This document shows positions 1 to 12,600 of a DNA stretch of 64,000 bases, piece after piece (position 1 is the first letter of the stretch; each line of letters starts with the position of its first letter). The notes beneath the pieces were generated by a model, which worked only from the letters and a program-made list of their open reading frames with translations, did not search any database and was not told the origin of the DNA. The DNA comes from Octopus sinensis. Lineage: Eukaryota. The position numbers and the translations under genes are program-made. The stretch spans positions 16,182,001 through 16,246,000 of the forward strand of contig NC_043002.1 of NCBI RefSeq assembly GCF_006345805.1. The letters are read 5' to 3'.

Positions 1-34
1 GCAAGCTACTTACCACGCAACCGCTCCTGCGCCT
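1..34 (-). mobile_element. 5' tip of tRNA-derived SINE (family A, my label), cut by window edge
   Basis: Reverse complement AGGCGCAGGAGCGGTTGCGTGGTAAGTAGCTTGC matches the heads of the copies at 16792-17225 and 38106-38513. Confidence 0.7.
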
Positions 35-2392
35 TAAACTTTTTAACAAACAAATCGAATGCATGCCTAAGAATATTTTGTATTTTCTGTCATTTAATAG
101 TATATAGTTAAACGAAAGCAACCCAGACGTCGATACCTAAGTAATCTCATCTATGTTCTAGAGTTAAGCAACTCTACATGCATGAGAGTATGTGTGTGTA
201 TATTGAATATATATATATATATATTTACACACACACACACCATAATTTCACGTGATCAGAATTTAATTAAGCAATCAGCGTGAGACTGTAGTGTCATACG
301 TTTTTACGAACTTAGTAGTTCTCTTTAAGACCTATTAATGCTTAATTAGACGAAAGGTGATGAAGATGGTTGAGCTATATGCCAGCCCGCTATTGCCACC
401 TTAACAGTTATCGATATTTACGCAGGATAGTCTAATACTGCATTTTCGCTCAATGTCTCTGGTAGCTTCTGCGAATGTGCGTGCACATCATTTCTTTCTC
501 TCCCAGTTGGCAATTATTAAAGTTCTTCATTGTAAATATATAACACCAAACATCTTGTCCGCCAATGCATATTTCAGTTAAATTTACGCGGGTTTTCTTC
601 AGTTGTTATTCACATTGCCAAAGAACTATATCTTCATTTCGCCGCTACCCAAACTGCAGTTAAAACGACGATATAAAGGCCAGAAACAATAAAACACAAG
701 AGAGCAAGTAGGAATTTGTAGCCATAAATTCATTTCCTTAATTGACGCTAATGGAAATTTATAGAATCGTTAGCACAAGAATATTCAGGCTGTAATTAGT
801 ATTCATATAACACCAAGTTTTAATTATCCAATGTATGGATTTCTTTTGGCATTTAAACAGCAGTTTGAACAATAGCACTGAATCAGTGAAAGAAACATTG
901 ACCAGTATCGAAGTCTGCTATAATATTTGACTCTGGTTTGTTACGGCTGGATGGTATTTAAAATAATTATTGCTTACATTAATCAAATGTTAGACAAATT
1001 TGTTTCATGATGACATAACTTCTTTTTTATATCTTCCTTCAAAACTTATATAGCACCAAATAATTTTTCATTATATATATTTTTTTCTTGTAAGGAATTA
1101 TATATAATCTACACCTGTGTGTTGTATATTTCTTTATTTTATTTTTCACAACACTCATTTCTTAGAGAGAGTTCTGTGAGCTTTAATGACAGAATGGAAA
1201 ACAAAACCGTGCTATGCTATTATTGTGTTTGATTGCCATGGTAATTATTTAGCATTTTATATCGTCTGGAATCGATCTGCTATATCAATTAAGGGGATCT
1301 GAAGCAATCAAAATCTACTTTACAAAGTTACTTTCTTCATTAGTAGTTATTTCATTCAATCGACAACGTTCTTCTTTTTTCCACCAATTCTAGACCATTT
1401 ATACTCTTCTCATATTCATTGGTCGCATTGCGTCTTGATATTCGAACACAAATTAATTAGATTTAGGAGAAACACTTTAGATTTCATTCCTCAGTAATTT
1501 CAACAAATGACACATGTGGCTGAATATCCAGCCGTGTTGGTAAATTGCTTTAAGTGTTCTCAGCAAATGACACTTAAATTTCATTCATGAGCGAATGATT
1601 GCAGTTCGATATGATTTCTTGCACTCAGTAGATAAAATGCCATGTTGATTGGAATCAAAAGTTAATTTTGATATCATTATACAAACATAAGCACACTTAA
1701 ATAGTAACAGCATATTCAGTACTAAAATAGTCATTGTAAAACGGAAAAGCAACATCTTATTTTAATTCACTCTTAGTTAATTGAAACCATCACTTTTCTA
1801 CAAAGATGTTTGAAAGAAAAACACCAGGCAAATTATATTAGAACAAATCTCTTTACCATGTCAACATATTTCCGAATTCATTTTCACCTGATCGTTCCTG
1901 GCAGAGTATGATATTAATCATTATATTTTTAATTTTTTAATTATTCCCGAAGGAAGATACGCAGAACCAATAACATAAAATGAATGAATATGACAGCTGA
2001 AATCAGTCTCTGGTTATGAATTAATCGATGTATTTTGGATAGAGAGAGGACTATAAACTATGGTTGTCATCACGAAATTTATAAGCGAACTTTTGCACAG
2101 ACATATATAAAATATACGCTGTTGGATTGCAATGATATTCAAAACTAAGAATAAATGATAGTTGCAAAACTATGATGAAGAATTAGACACGAGAGATTAT
2201 AGCGGATGGATATATAAACTAATTGCCCGTTCACTAATTATTGAAATATGTAATAAAGTTAGATACATAAACATTTATGGTTTTTATCGATTGGCAAATA
2301 TGTGGTTTGTAAATTGCCGAGAAATAGGAAATGAATTAAAGATAATGTTAAGAAGTCATAAAAACACACATAGAAAATATACCCATCTACGT

Positions 2393-2396
2393 AGTG

Positions 2397-2430
<34 letters not shown>

Positions 2431-2771
2431 TATAGAAACATACTTAGACGCCTAAGCATACATACGCAGTTTTATACACCTCTACTTGTCTTTTCTATTA
2501 TTATCGACACTGACACTCAAATCATCAGATTTTATGTTACTGGGGATACGTTTATATCTTATGCGACGATATATATATATTCAGTTTTTCTACTCTTTCT
2601 CTCTCGTTTACTTTCTCTCCATATATGTAGGTACGTATGTATATATATATATATATTGTTTATGTCACAGCAACTTACGAACATTTGCAGAACATGAACT
2701 CGAAGTAAATAAGGCTATAAAATGCAGCGTGTGGTCGGTGAAAAACACCAGCCCGTCCATCACAAGTGATA

Positions 2772-2815
<44 letters not shown>

Positions 2816-3143
2816 ACATACTTAGACGACTAAGCATACATACGCAGTTTTATACACCTCTACTTGTCTTTTCTATTATTATCGACACTGACACTCAAAT
2901 CATCAGATTTTATGTTACTGGGGATACGTTTATATCTTATGCGACGATATATATATATTCAGTTTTTCTACTCTTTCTCTCTCGTTTACTTTCTCTCCAT
3001 ATATGTAGGTACGTATGTATATATATATATATATTGTTTATGTCACAGCAACTTACGAACATTTGCAGAACATGAACTCGAAGTAAATAAGGCTATAAAA
3101 TGCAGCGTGTGGTCGGTGAAAAACACCAGCCCGTCCATCACAA

Positions 3144-3150
<7 letters not shown>
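2393..3150. repeat. Tandem duplication, ~372-378 bp unit x2, junctions in (TA)n tracts
   Basis: Unique parts of the two units are near-identical (the ORF track shows identical peptides at 2486 and 2864). AGTGATAT-(TA)n occurs at 2393, 2765 and 3143. Confidence 0.9.
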
Positions 3151-3188
<38 letters not shown>

Positions 3189-3199
3189 TAATAATAAAT

Positions 3200-3447
3200 A
3201 AATGCACCCTTTTAAAGCCAAGCCAGGCTCATGGGCCCGGTTTCCCGGTTTCTATGGCGTTTGTGTTCCCCAGCTGGACGGGATGCCAGTCCATCGCAGC
3301 ATTACTCATTTTTGCCAGCTGAGTGGACTGGAGCAACGTGAAATGAAGTGTTTTGCTCAAGAAGACAACGCGTCGCCCGGTACAGGAATCGAAACCACAA
3401 TCTTACGATCATGATGCTGACATCCTAACCACTAAGCCACTCGCCTC

Positions 3448-3449
<2 letters not shown>
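3200..3449 (-). mobile_element. tRNA-derived SINE, chimeric head/tail
   Basis: Head with A-box TGGCTTAGTGG, B-box-like GTTTCGATTCC and CORE-like TTGAGCAAAACACTT as at 41527. Tail CTGCGATGGACTGG...GAAACCGGGCCCATGAGCCTGG as at 15935. Confidence 0.85.
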
Positions 3450-3478
<29 letters not shown>

Positions 3479-3600
3479 ACAAACACACACACACACACAC
3501 GTATATATATATATGTTGGTAGGTATGCGTACATGTATGTATGTATGTATGTATGTATGTATGTATGTATGTATATTCATATATTCATATATATAAATTT

Positions 3601-3794
3601 AGTTCGTAACCGCTCAAAGTAAATATTTCAGCACTACTAGAATGATTGAAAGACATGCATTCGGTTTTCTGGACATTAGTGTGTAGTCCAATTTTAGCAG
3701 CTGATATTTCTATTCTCCTGAGCAGTTGCACTTGATGTTTTTCACCAAATATGAGTGTTATATAATCTGTGATGTCCAGGTCTCTGATGGCCAC
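3601..3794 (-). mobile_element. RTE-like LINE RT fragment (inverted segment)
   Basis: Translation IRDLDITDYITL...IEISAAKIGLHTNVQKTECMSFN resembles the RTE RT motif ITDLDFADDIALL...AAKIGLHxNxKKTE. Confidence 0.75.
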
Positions 3795-3799
3795 TGCTG

Positions 3800-4135
3800 G
3801 GATTTAGATATTTGGTTAAGCAGTTCGGAAGCAGACATCAAGACTGTTGACAGCGTATCACAAACGACAGACGCTCTGGAATTCCAATTTGGCAAGGCGA
3901 ATCAAAATCAAGCTGTTCATTGCAACAGCCGAAACAAAGATAGAACATGGCTGGAGAAAATGGACGCTGACAAAAAAATTATGAAATGGGATATATGGCT
4001 GCAACACAAGGATGCTATGAATGACAGTAAATGTGAAATGACAGCAACATATGACAAGCGAATGCTTTATGGAGCCTTGCTAAATGTGAGTGAAAAAGTC
4101 AAAGACGGCTACTACTATCTGGTGACTGCGTGTGC
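3800..4135 (+). mobile_element. RTE-like LINE RT/C-terminal fragment (direct segment)
   Basis: Across frameshifts: DFRYL..WLSSSEADIK, RIKIKLFIATAE, WTLTKK, GCNTRML, LYGALLNVSEKVK. Confidence 0.75.
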
Positions 4136-4963
4136 CACTCTGGGCTACAGGCATTGCGTTTCTGTTAGTAAGTATGTTCGTGTGGAACATAATGACTGTC
4201 CACACAGTATATATTTTAAATATTGCTGTAAATCAATCTAAATGAAGCTGAGTATTCCACAGAAATGTGTGGCCAATTCAAATGATCAGATAATTTTGTA
4301 GTTACATAGGTTGTGATGAAGCATTTCTTTTTGAGTCTTTTCTACAGCGGAATAAAGTGAGTTTGCCTACATCTAGTTTTACTCAAAAATTAAAGGCCAA
4401 TACAAGTTAGGTGGAAAGAAAGTATCACTCGTAAAGCCTTGCAGTGTTATCGATCCAGGGGTATCGTGGCTGCCAAGTGAACGTATTTGACATTCGGTTA
4501 TATTTAGGCAACACCCACGCAACATACATACACTGTGGGGCACATCGCACAAACTCACAGAAATGCACACACACACACATACGCATCCTTGAGAGAGAAA
4601 CACTGCTGCGAAGTAGAATAATTCGATGAGGTAGCAGGATTGTTCTTCAATAAGACTGAAAAAGACTTTTACTTTAAAAAATATCTAGAAATATATTTCT
4701 TTAATTGTTGAGTCTGAATAGATTCGCTTCTATGACTTACACATCGCATTTGCCTTTTCCCTTTGCCTTCCATCAAATATACTGTTCGCATTATATTCTC
4801 TATTTAAGAGCTAGACTAACTTAATGGTAACTATATGAATGTCTACTTGCATTTAAAATACAAGGAAATTTTACACTACCTTCAAAGTGAATTCAATGAT
4901 ATGTGAAACACTTGAATGTGCTCTACTGAAGATTGAAATCTAGTGAATATTTTATATCTTAAA

Positions 4964-5350
4964 GGCGGTGAGCTGGCAGAAACGTTAGCACGCCGAGCGA
5001 AATGCTTAGCAATATTTCGTCTGCCGCTACGTTCTGAGTTCACATTCCGCCGAGGTCGACTTTCATCCTTTCGGGGTCGATTGAATACGTACCAGTTACG
5101 CACTGGGGTCAATATAATCGACTTAATCTGTTTGTCTGTCCTTGTTTGTCCCCTCTGCGTGTAGCCCCTTGTGGGTAGTAAAGAAATAGGTATTTCGTCT
5201 GTCTTTATATTCTGAGTTCAAACTCCGCCGAGTTCGACTTTGCCATTCATCCTTTCGGGGTCGATAGATTAAGTAGCAGTTGCGTACTGTGATCGATTTA
5301 ATTGACTGGCCTCCTCCCTCAAAATTTTGTGCCTTGTGTCTAAAAAAGAA
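4964..5350 (+). mobile_element. tRNA-derived SINE family B (dimeric internal module)
   Basis: Head GGCGGTGAGCTGGCAGAAACGTTAGCAC and B-box-like GAGTTCA(C/A). The module ...GTTCTGAGTTC...CCGAG(G/T)TCGACTTT... occurs twice. Tail AAATTTTGTGCCTTGTGTC. Confidence 0.9.
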
Positions 5351-6682
5351 TATTGTATATTGCTTTTTCTCTTTTTTGCCCATCTGCAGTAATCCATGCC
5401 ATAGTCTTATGTTATATCTTTAGGGCTTTTAAATGTAAATTTTGTCAAATTTAATATTTCGAAATATATGAATAAAGTACGTGTTTCTCTGGCATGAAAT
5501 GTAATGCATGATCATACATAAAATATTTCCACTTCTTTGATATATTTAATGAACATTTAATTGTTTATCACCGTATAATTTCATTCAAGCTGGTTTGGTT
5601 TTGCTTGGTAATAGAGAAACGAACATGTTTTGCTGCAGAAATGTTAGGTCACATAGCCATGTCACATCAAACGATGAATGATCAAAGTTCCACGGTGGTT
5701 GATCATAGGTGTATTTTATAAAAGCTCTACGCGAGCTGAAATCTTAGGAGAAGAAAGTAAACATTGACACAAAGAGTGAATATCATAGCAATAGAAGAAG
5801 CAAAGAAATTACAATCTGAAAATAAGAACATCAGAAAAAAATAATGCAGTCTGGAACGTTTATGATCTAATACATTAAAGGTGACACAGGACGTACATAA
5901 AAAAAATGAACGAAATCAGTGAGTAAAAGGCTGTGGGCATTGAAATACTTATACATGCACAAATAAGCGTATGTCCTTCAAATATTCAGTTCTGTACATT
6001 TGAGTATTTTTATGCAACAAAATGGGAATACTGTGTATCTTGGATATAAGCACAATGAAACGATGTAATAATACGGTTTTGTTGTTGCTATTTTGCCGTA
6101 GGTTCAGATTGTTCATGATTGTGAAAATCTGTGCAAAAATTAGTCATTATTGCCTGTTGCAACTACCCTTATTCCTTCATGGCCATTCTAAGGGCATTTA
6201 CTTATTCTAGATAGTAAGTTCGTATGAAAAATGGATTAACTTGAATTTTCTTTGAGTTTCGCGATAATAGAGAAGTTTCCTGCTGGGAAAAAATGATAAA
6301 CAGAAAGTCGGAAGAGAAAATGTTTAACAGCACTAGTTATATTCCACAATAAATAAATAAACATTTCGTCAGAAGCCGATGACGGAGAGTTTATGCAGTC
6401 TAACAAACTTAAGAGATAGCTAGTAAATATTTTCGAAATGATTACCAAAGGATTTTTTCTGGGGGGAGGGGAAGAAACAAATACGCGAGAAATATTGTCT
6501 TAGATTCACAATGCCTTTTACCACTAAATTGTTTTACTGGATGTGGCAGTTTAAACGACAACAGTGAGCACGGAGGTTATCTTTCAATTCTGCATAAATT
6601 TTTCATCTTGCAGTTATATCACGATTTGCTAGTGCCGGGCGTACTCACATATTACATCTATCCATATCATTAGTTAAGTTAA

Positions 6683-6897
6683 GGCGGTGAGCTTACAGGA
6701 TCATTGAGACGCCGGGTAAAATGTTTGGTGGCATTTTGTCTGTCTCCGCGTTCTGAGCTCAAATTCCGCCGTGAATGACTTTCTTTTCATACTTTCCGGG
6801 TGGTTGAAATGAGCACCAGTTTCAACAATGGGGTCCCTGTAATCGATTTACGCTCTACTCCAAGTTGATGGCCGTGTACCGTATTTTGAAATCAATA
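6683..6897 (+). mobile_element. SINE family B, diverged monomeric copy
   Basis: GGCGGTGAGCT head, CAAATTCCGCCG, single module, tail ATGGCCGTGTACC. Confidence 0.7.
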
Positions 6898-7641
6898 TCA
6901 TTAGAAAATATCAGTGATAAATACTGGGAAGGAACTAAACGTAATACAACGCCAAAGGTTGTATAATATTTATATAAGACTTTAGGTCAATCTACGAAAG
7001 ATTCTGTAATTTGTGATCTGAAAGATAATTAGATAGTCGAATATAAAGACATAAATATATGGCCCACCTATGGAGACGAGTCACTGGTAGCTGATAAAGA
7101 TGAGAAACTATTACAAATTTAGATTCTGAAACTAATTTTCTGTCAGTGGAAAAAAAAAAAAAGCTTATGGCGATGAATGTAATCATGTAATCACAAAAGT
7201 AAATGATTTATAGCTAGTAAGTAGACGACCATATGTTTTGAAAATTACATACACCAGACTAAATTGAAGCTGTAAATAAATGAAACACAAACGCACACAA
7301 ATACGTGTGGATATATAGTGTACACATATGAATATCTATACATGCTCACACACACACACACCCACACACACACACATAGAGACACACATGTGTATTCGTG
7401 TGTGTGTGTGTTTGTGTGTGTTTTGAACACGCGTGTGCTTGTGCTTGCAGTTGTGAATGAGGCAGGAGAATTACAAATCGGGAGCTCATAGTACAAGTTT
7501 CAATTCACAATGCGAAATTAGAGGGAGAGAGAAAGGAATGGAGGAACAAGAAACAGTAAACTCTCCAGTCGTTCGTTAATTGTTTGTGACTGGTCCGCTT
7601 ATTATTATGCTTTGATGATGATGAGGAAGATATATATTCAT

Positions 7642-7995
7642 ATACAGTGTACAGTTAAACACACAAGATGTAGCCATCATAGGACTACCTGCACGCTAGA
7701 GAGTAAAGTTATATTCTAAAACACTTTTATCGAAGGGAATGGAAAATAAAAACATTTACCATCGAACTCCTAGACCAATGGTTTCATACGTTTTTTAGCA
7801 AATAAAATAATTTGCTAGGCAAAGCCTTCTTCAGCAGGTACACCTTTGATTAAATATATATACGCGCCGCAATGTTTTTATTTTCGTTGCGTTCGGTATT
7901 TTATCCCTAATAGAGGTTTGAAATTTATCTGTCCTTTCCAGCGTACAGGTAGTCCTATAATGGCTACCTCTTATGTGTGTAAATCAACACTGTAT
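7642..7995. mobile_element. Short element with ~58-bp imperfect terminal inverted repeats containing a hammerhead-like motif
   Basis: 7642-7699 matches the reverse complement of 7938-7995 (ATACAGTG...TAGCCAT(C/T)ATAGGACTACCTG(C/T)ACGCT). Confidence 0.7.
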
Positions 7996-8334
7996 TTATA
8001 TGAATAATATATAGTCTATTGACTAAATTTTTACACGCTTGGCCACTGGCAATGGGAATTTCTAATATTTCAGATTACCATTTGATAGTATACATATATA
8101 TATTACTAAACGTTTCAAATACATGCACTACTAATAGTTTCCAGTAAATGCGTACGTTCATCAGGCGACAATCGCACTGTAGTCCCAAAATTTCCGTTTA
8201 ATTAGAGGAACAGTTTACAACCGACACGCGCTATTTGTCTATTTAAACTAAATTTACAGGAGTATACTGTAATTGACACCTGATGAACGTTAGCATGTAA
8301 AGTGCTGTAAAGTTCAACAACAGCAACAACAACA

Positions 8335-8433
8335 ATAATAATAATAATAATGATGATGATAATATTAATAATAATAATATTAATAATAATAATAATAATA
8401 ATATAATAATAATAATAATAATATAATAATAAT
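8335..8433. repeat. (AAT)n microsatellite
   Basis: Visible directly. Confidence 0.95.
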
Positions 8434-9377
8434 AAGGAAGGCGGCTGGACGTGATAGAAGCTGGACGTGTTTTTCGCTGCTGTGACCAACCCAGCGGGAC
8501 AACTGAAAAAACATCTGTAAAAAACTGGAAGATCTACTGTTTTCTGTGAGTAATTTGAATTTCCCTCAAAATAAGTTAAGGAACTTACATATCTACAGCT
8601 TTGGACATACACACGAACACCTAACAAAAAATTTATAATCATAAATATCTCCAATTTTGTGTGAACATTTTGTCGTCCCTTCTTTGCTTTTTATTGTAAC
8701 AACACAATTAAATGCACGATAAAAAAAACTATGGAAGTAAGCACCTACTAATATATATATACTGCACAACTACAAAAACTGTAAACCGCAGCATAACTTT
8801 TAAAAAGAAAAAGAAATTCAGAAATTCAAAATCCCAACAAGGTGAACCCGCTCTTCCTCCTACTGGAATATTTACAACTCCCTATAAATATTTTAAATCT
8901 CCCTCAGAATAAAAATAAGTTAGGGAACTTACATACCTACAGCTATCGAACACACACACGGTCAGCTTAAAACACACACAAAAAAAATCTTTAATATATA
9001 CAACTAATGTGCGACAACGTATCCTTTCCTCTCCCCCTGAGCATTCGGAAATGTAAATACCATACTCCTTTCTTTTCTAAAAACACTATCATTTCTCTCT
9101 GTGCATATCTAGTAAATCTTAGAACTTCACTAACCATAACTTGTTTTCTTTTCTGAGCATTCGAAAATGTAAACATTCTTCCCATTGCAAAAATGTTATT
9201 GTATTTTCCACATGGACATCTCAAGAATACTTAAAAACTTTAATATATTACCCAAACACGTAAACACGTAAACTTTTATTGCAACAACACAATTGAACTC
9301 AGAAATTTAAAACAATCGACGTGAATATCAGAAAATATGCGTGTGTGAATATACATATACATATACATATGTGTATG

Positions 9378-9410
<33 letters not shown>

Positions 9411-9413
<3 letters not shown>

Positions 9414-9685
9414 AGTTAGTTAGTTAGTTAATTTGGCTCAAAAGCAAATAGCAAGGCCATGTAGGGGGACATGGAGTTAAGTACAGGGTGGTGTTCATGT
9501 AAAGAGTTCAGGCCACTTGAGGTCAAGGGAGGCTTTGAACAAAGTGGTCGTCGGCATCTTCACCATCTCGTCTGGCAGCTTGTTCCACGCATCCGCAACC
9601 CGGACGGAGAAAGCTCCTCTCCTTCGATTGAGATGAAATCGTCGCAGGTAGAGCTTTTCGGAATGACCCCGCAGCCGACGCTAAA
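9411..9685 (-). mobile_element. CR1-clade LINE 3' end with (TAAC)n tail
   Basis: Minus frame RLRGHSEKLYLRRFHLNRRRGAFSVRVADAWNKLPDEMVKMPTTTLFKASLD, stop at 9495-9497. This is the typical CR1 ORF2 C-terminus (RGH..KL...RR.FFS.RV...WN.LP). Tail (TAAC)n at 9411-9430. Confidence 0.85.
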
Positions 9686-9699
9686 CTGACAGATCCGTC

Positions 9700-12600
9700 T
9701 CTTAATGTAAGAGTCGAAGCTCGTCATGCTTCAATGTCAACAAAACGAACTACAAACCGCGATGGTCGTCGAGCGGATTACAAAAGACCACGTACCCGAA
9801 AATTGAACCAAAGTCTGATTGGAAAATCAGCTACTGGATCAAATCTTCCCTACACACAGGAGCTGGACGTACCCCACAACTGGAATATTCCAATAGATGT
9901 CCATCCATGCTCGTCACCAAACACTCAAAAGAAAAGGAAGGAAAATGGACTAGGGAAGATAATAAAGAAGTTTTTGCGGCCTTCTACCATGCCATATGTT
10001 TCCCCACAGATAAATCGAACACTATACAAACCTACATAAACTGGAGACAGAAACACCCTGAAGCAAGACCCTACATAGACAGTAACAAACTTGCCAACGT
10101 CAGAAGAAACATTATATAAAAAAAGTACTGGCTGAAGTAGAGATTGACCAAATTAGACAAGCAGTAACGGATAGAATGAACGAAGCTGCAGCTAAAGAAG
10201 ATAATATAGAGGAAATAATTATAGACCAGCCCAGAGCTGATAAAAACGAAGTAAGGATCGAAAGATTTAGTATAAGTGATTGGCAAAGTGAAATACTCCC
10301 TGAACCAAACAGAGACACTAAGACAGATGAACATCAAATAGATGAAGAAAGTCACGCAAAATTGACCCGACAGAACTACATGTGCTAAAAAGTCAAATCA
10401 TGATTAAAAGGCTGAAAATTAAAGAAACCTGTATGGATGAACGTGATACACTCCCTAAAATCCGCAACTCTAACCAAAACATGAAAATAATTGGTAAAAT
10501 CCGGCTTGCACTTAAGGATATAATTTCAGCTAATGATGTTGATATAACAGATCTCAACCACCTATACTATGCATCCGCGAAAATCTCAACGATCGTATGT
10601 GGTGAAAAGATTAGAAAACGACAACATTTCCACAAAAACCCTTCTTGGCAAGAGCGTTTGCAACAACAAATTAAACTATTTAGATCTGACATTGAATATT
10701 TGAAAAACCTTAAGGTTCATAAGACTACCAAACCTACAAAAACCCAAAAACTAATGAAAACATATAATATGAAAACTATACTTGATATTGATGCCACCAT
10801 AGAAACCATCAAGCAAAAGGTATCTGCTAAAGCTGCCCGCATAGCGAGGTATGAAAAGCGTGTTTCATTCTTCAGTGAGAACAACATGTTCAAAAATAAC
10901 CCCCAAAATTTTTACAGGAATATAGGAAAAACACCAGTTACTGTAAAGTCTGTACATCAAAAAAAGAAGTGCAGGGATTTGGGAATAAAATTTGGGCAGA
11001 AGAAAAAACACACAGCGAAAAGGCCCCCTGGTTTGATAGAATATCTAAAGAACTGGACTCCTTAGATGAGCAAAAGTGGGAGGGTGGCAAGGTAGAAGAT
11101 ATAAGATCTGTTCTCAGGAGGTCAAGCAAATGGAAGTCTCCAGGAAAGGATAAAATCCCTAACTTCTGGTTGAATGCCTTCCCAGAGAGACATGAACTGC
11201 TAACAGAACTTTAAAATGATGTTTTCCAACACCCTAGTAGGATGCCCCTTTGGCTTGTTAATGGGTTGACATTCCTGCTTCCAAAAAGTGAAGAAACAAA
11301 TGAACCAAAAAACTATAGACCCATACCCTGCTTAACAACTATGTATAAAACACTAACTTCTGTCCTGGCGGAATATACCTATAGTTTATTGACAGACAGC
11401 AGCATATTCCCTAATGAACTGAAAGGATGTAAACGTGGGTCCTACGGTTGTAAAGATTAACTACTCATCAATAAGATGATCTTAGTAGATTGTCACAAAC
11501 GACACAAAAACTTATCAACAGCCTGGGTAGACTATAAAAAGGCTTTTGATAGCCTACCACATAGCTGGATTAAGAAATGCCAAGAAATGTATAAGATAGC
11601 ACCTACCCTGCGAAACTTTTTGTTTATAAGTATGAGATCATGGAGAACCACACTAACTTTGAACAGTGACAATGAATCTCTAAATGCTGGTGATGTAAAC
11701 ATTTCATGTGGCATTTTCCAGGGTGACTCAATATCACCACTCCTCTTCTGTTTAGCCTTAATACCTCTCTCAAGACTGCTCAATGACGCGCAGTACGGAT
11801 ATAAAATGTTTGATAAAAATATAAATCATCTCATTTACATGGATGATTTAAAGCTCTTTGCAAAAAATGATCAACAACTCAAGGGCTTACTAGCAATTGT
11901 CAAACAATTCAGTGATGACATCAGAATGCAATTTGGCCACGATAAATGTGCAAAAGCTACCTTTATCAAAGGAAAAATGACAGAAACATATAACGTTAAC
12001 CTTGACCAGCAGAATGTCATAAAAGAATTAGACCCAGCAGAAAATTACAAGTACCTAGGGGAAATTGAAGGGAACGGAATAAGGCATTCAGAGATGAAGG
12101 AAAGGATCAGGAGAGAATGCTATCGAAGAGTGAGAGCAATACTCAAGACAGAGCTGAATGTAAGAAACAGGATCGAAGCGATCAATGCATTAGCCATACC
12201 AGTCGTGACTTACAGTTTCAATATTGTTAACTGGTCAATTACTGAAATATGTAATCTTGACAGAAAAATACAAAAACTGTTGACAATGCATAGAATGCAC
12301 CACCCTAAGGCAGATACAGAACGACTTTATCTGCCAAGAAAAGAGGGAGGCCGTGGACTTTTACAACTGGCAATAACAATGAAGATTGCAACAATTGGCT
12401 TAGACACCAACCTGAAAAACTCTAAGGACTGGATGTTAAAACTTGTCTCAAAACATGAAAACAAGAAAGCATCATACTCAGTAACAAAACAGGCAAAGGA
12501 ATTTCTAAGTGAATTCCGAATACAACAAATTTCGGAATTAGACATACAAGAAACAAGCACAGAAAAAGCTAAAGACGTGAAAACCCGTGCTAAATCTGCG

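Noticed and set aside
2515-2535. CUGAUGA on the minus strand in the 378-bp duplication
   Set aside because: No GAAA or stem I/III partner.
9681-9735. Ribozyme at the R4 5' end
   Set aside because: There is a hairpin and GAAG-CUC-GUC, but no CUGANGA in register and no HDV-like fold that I could build.
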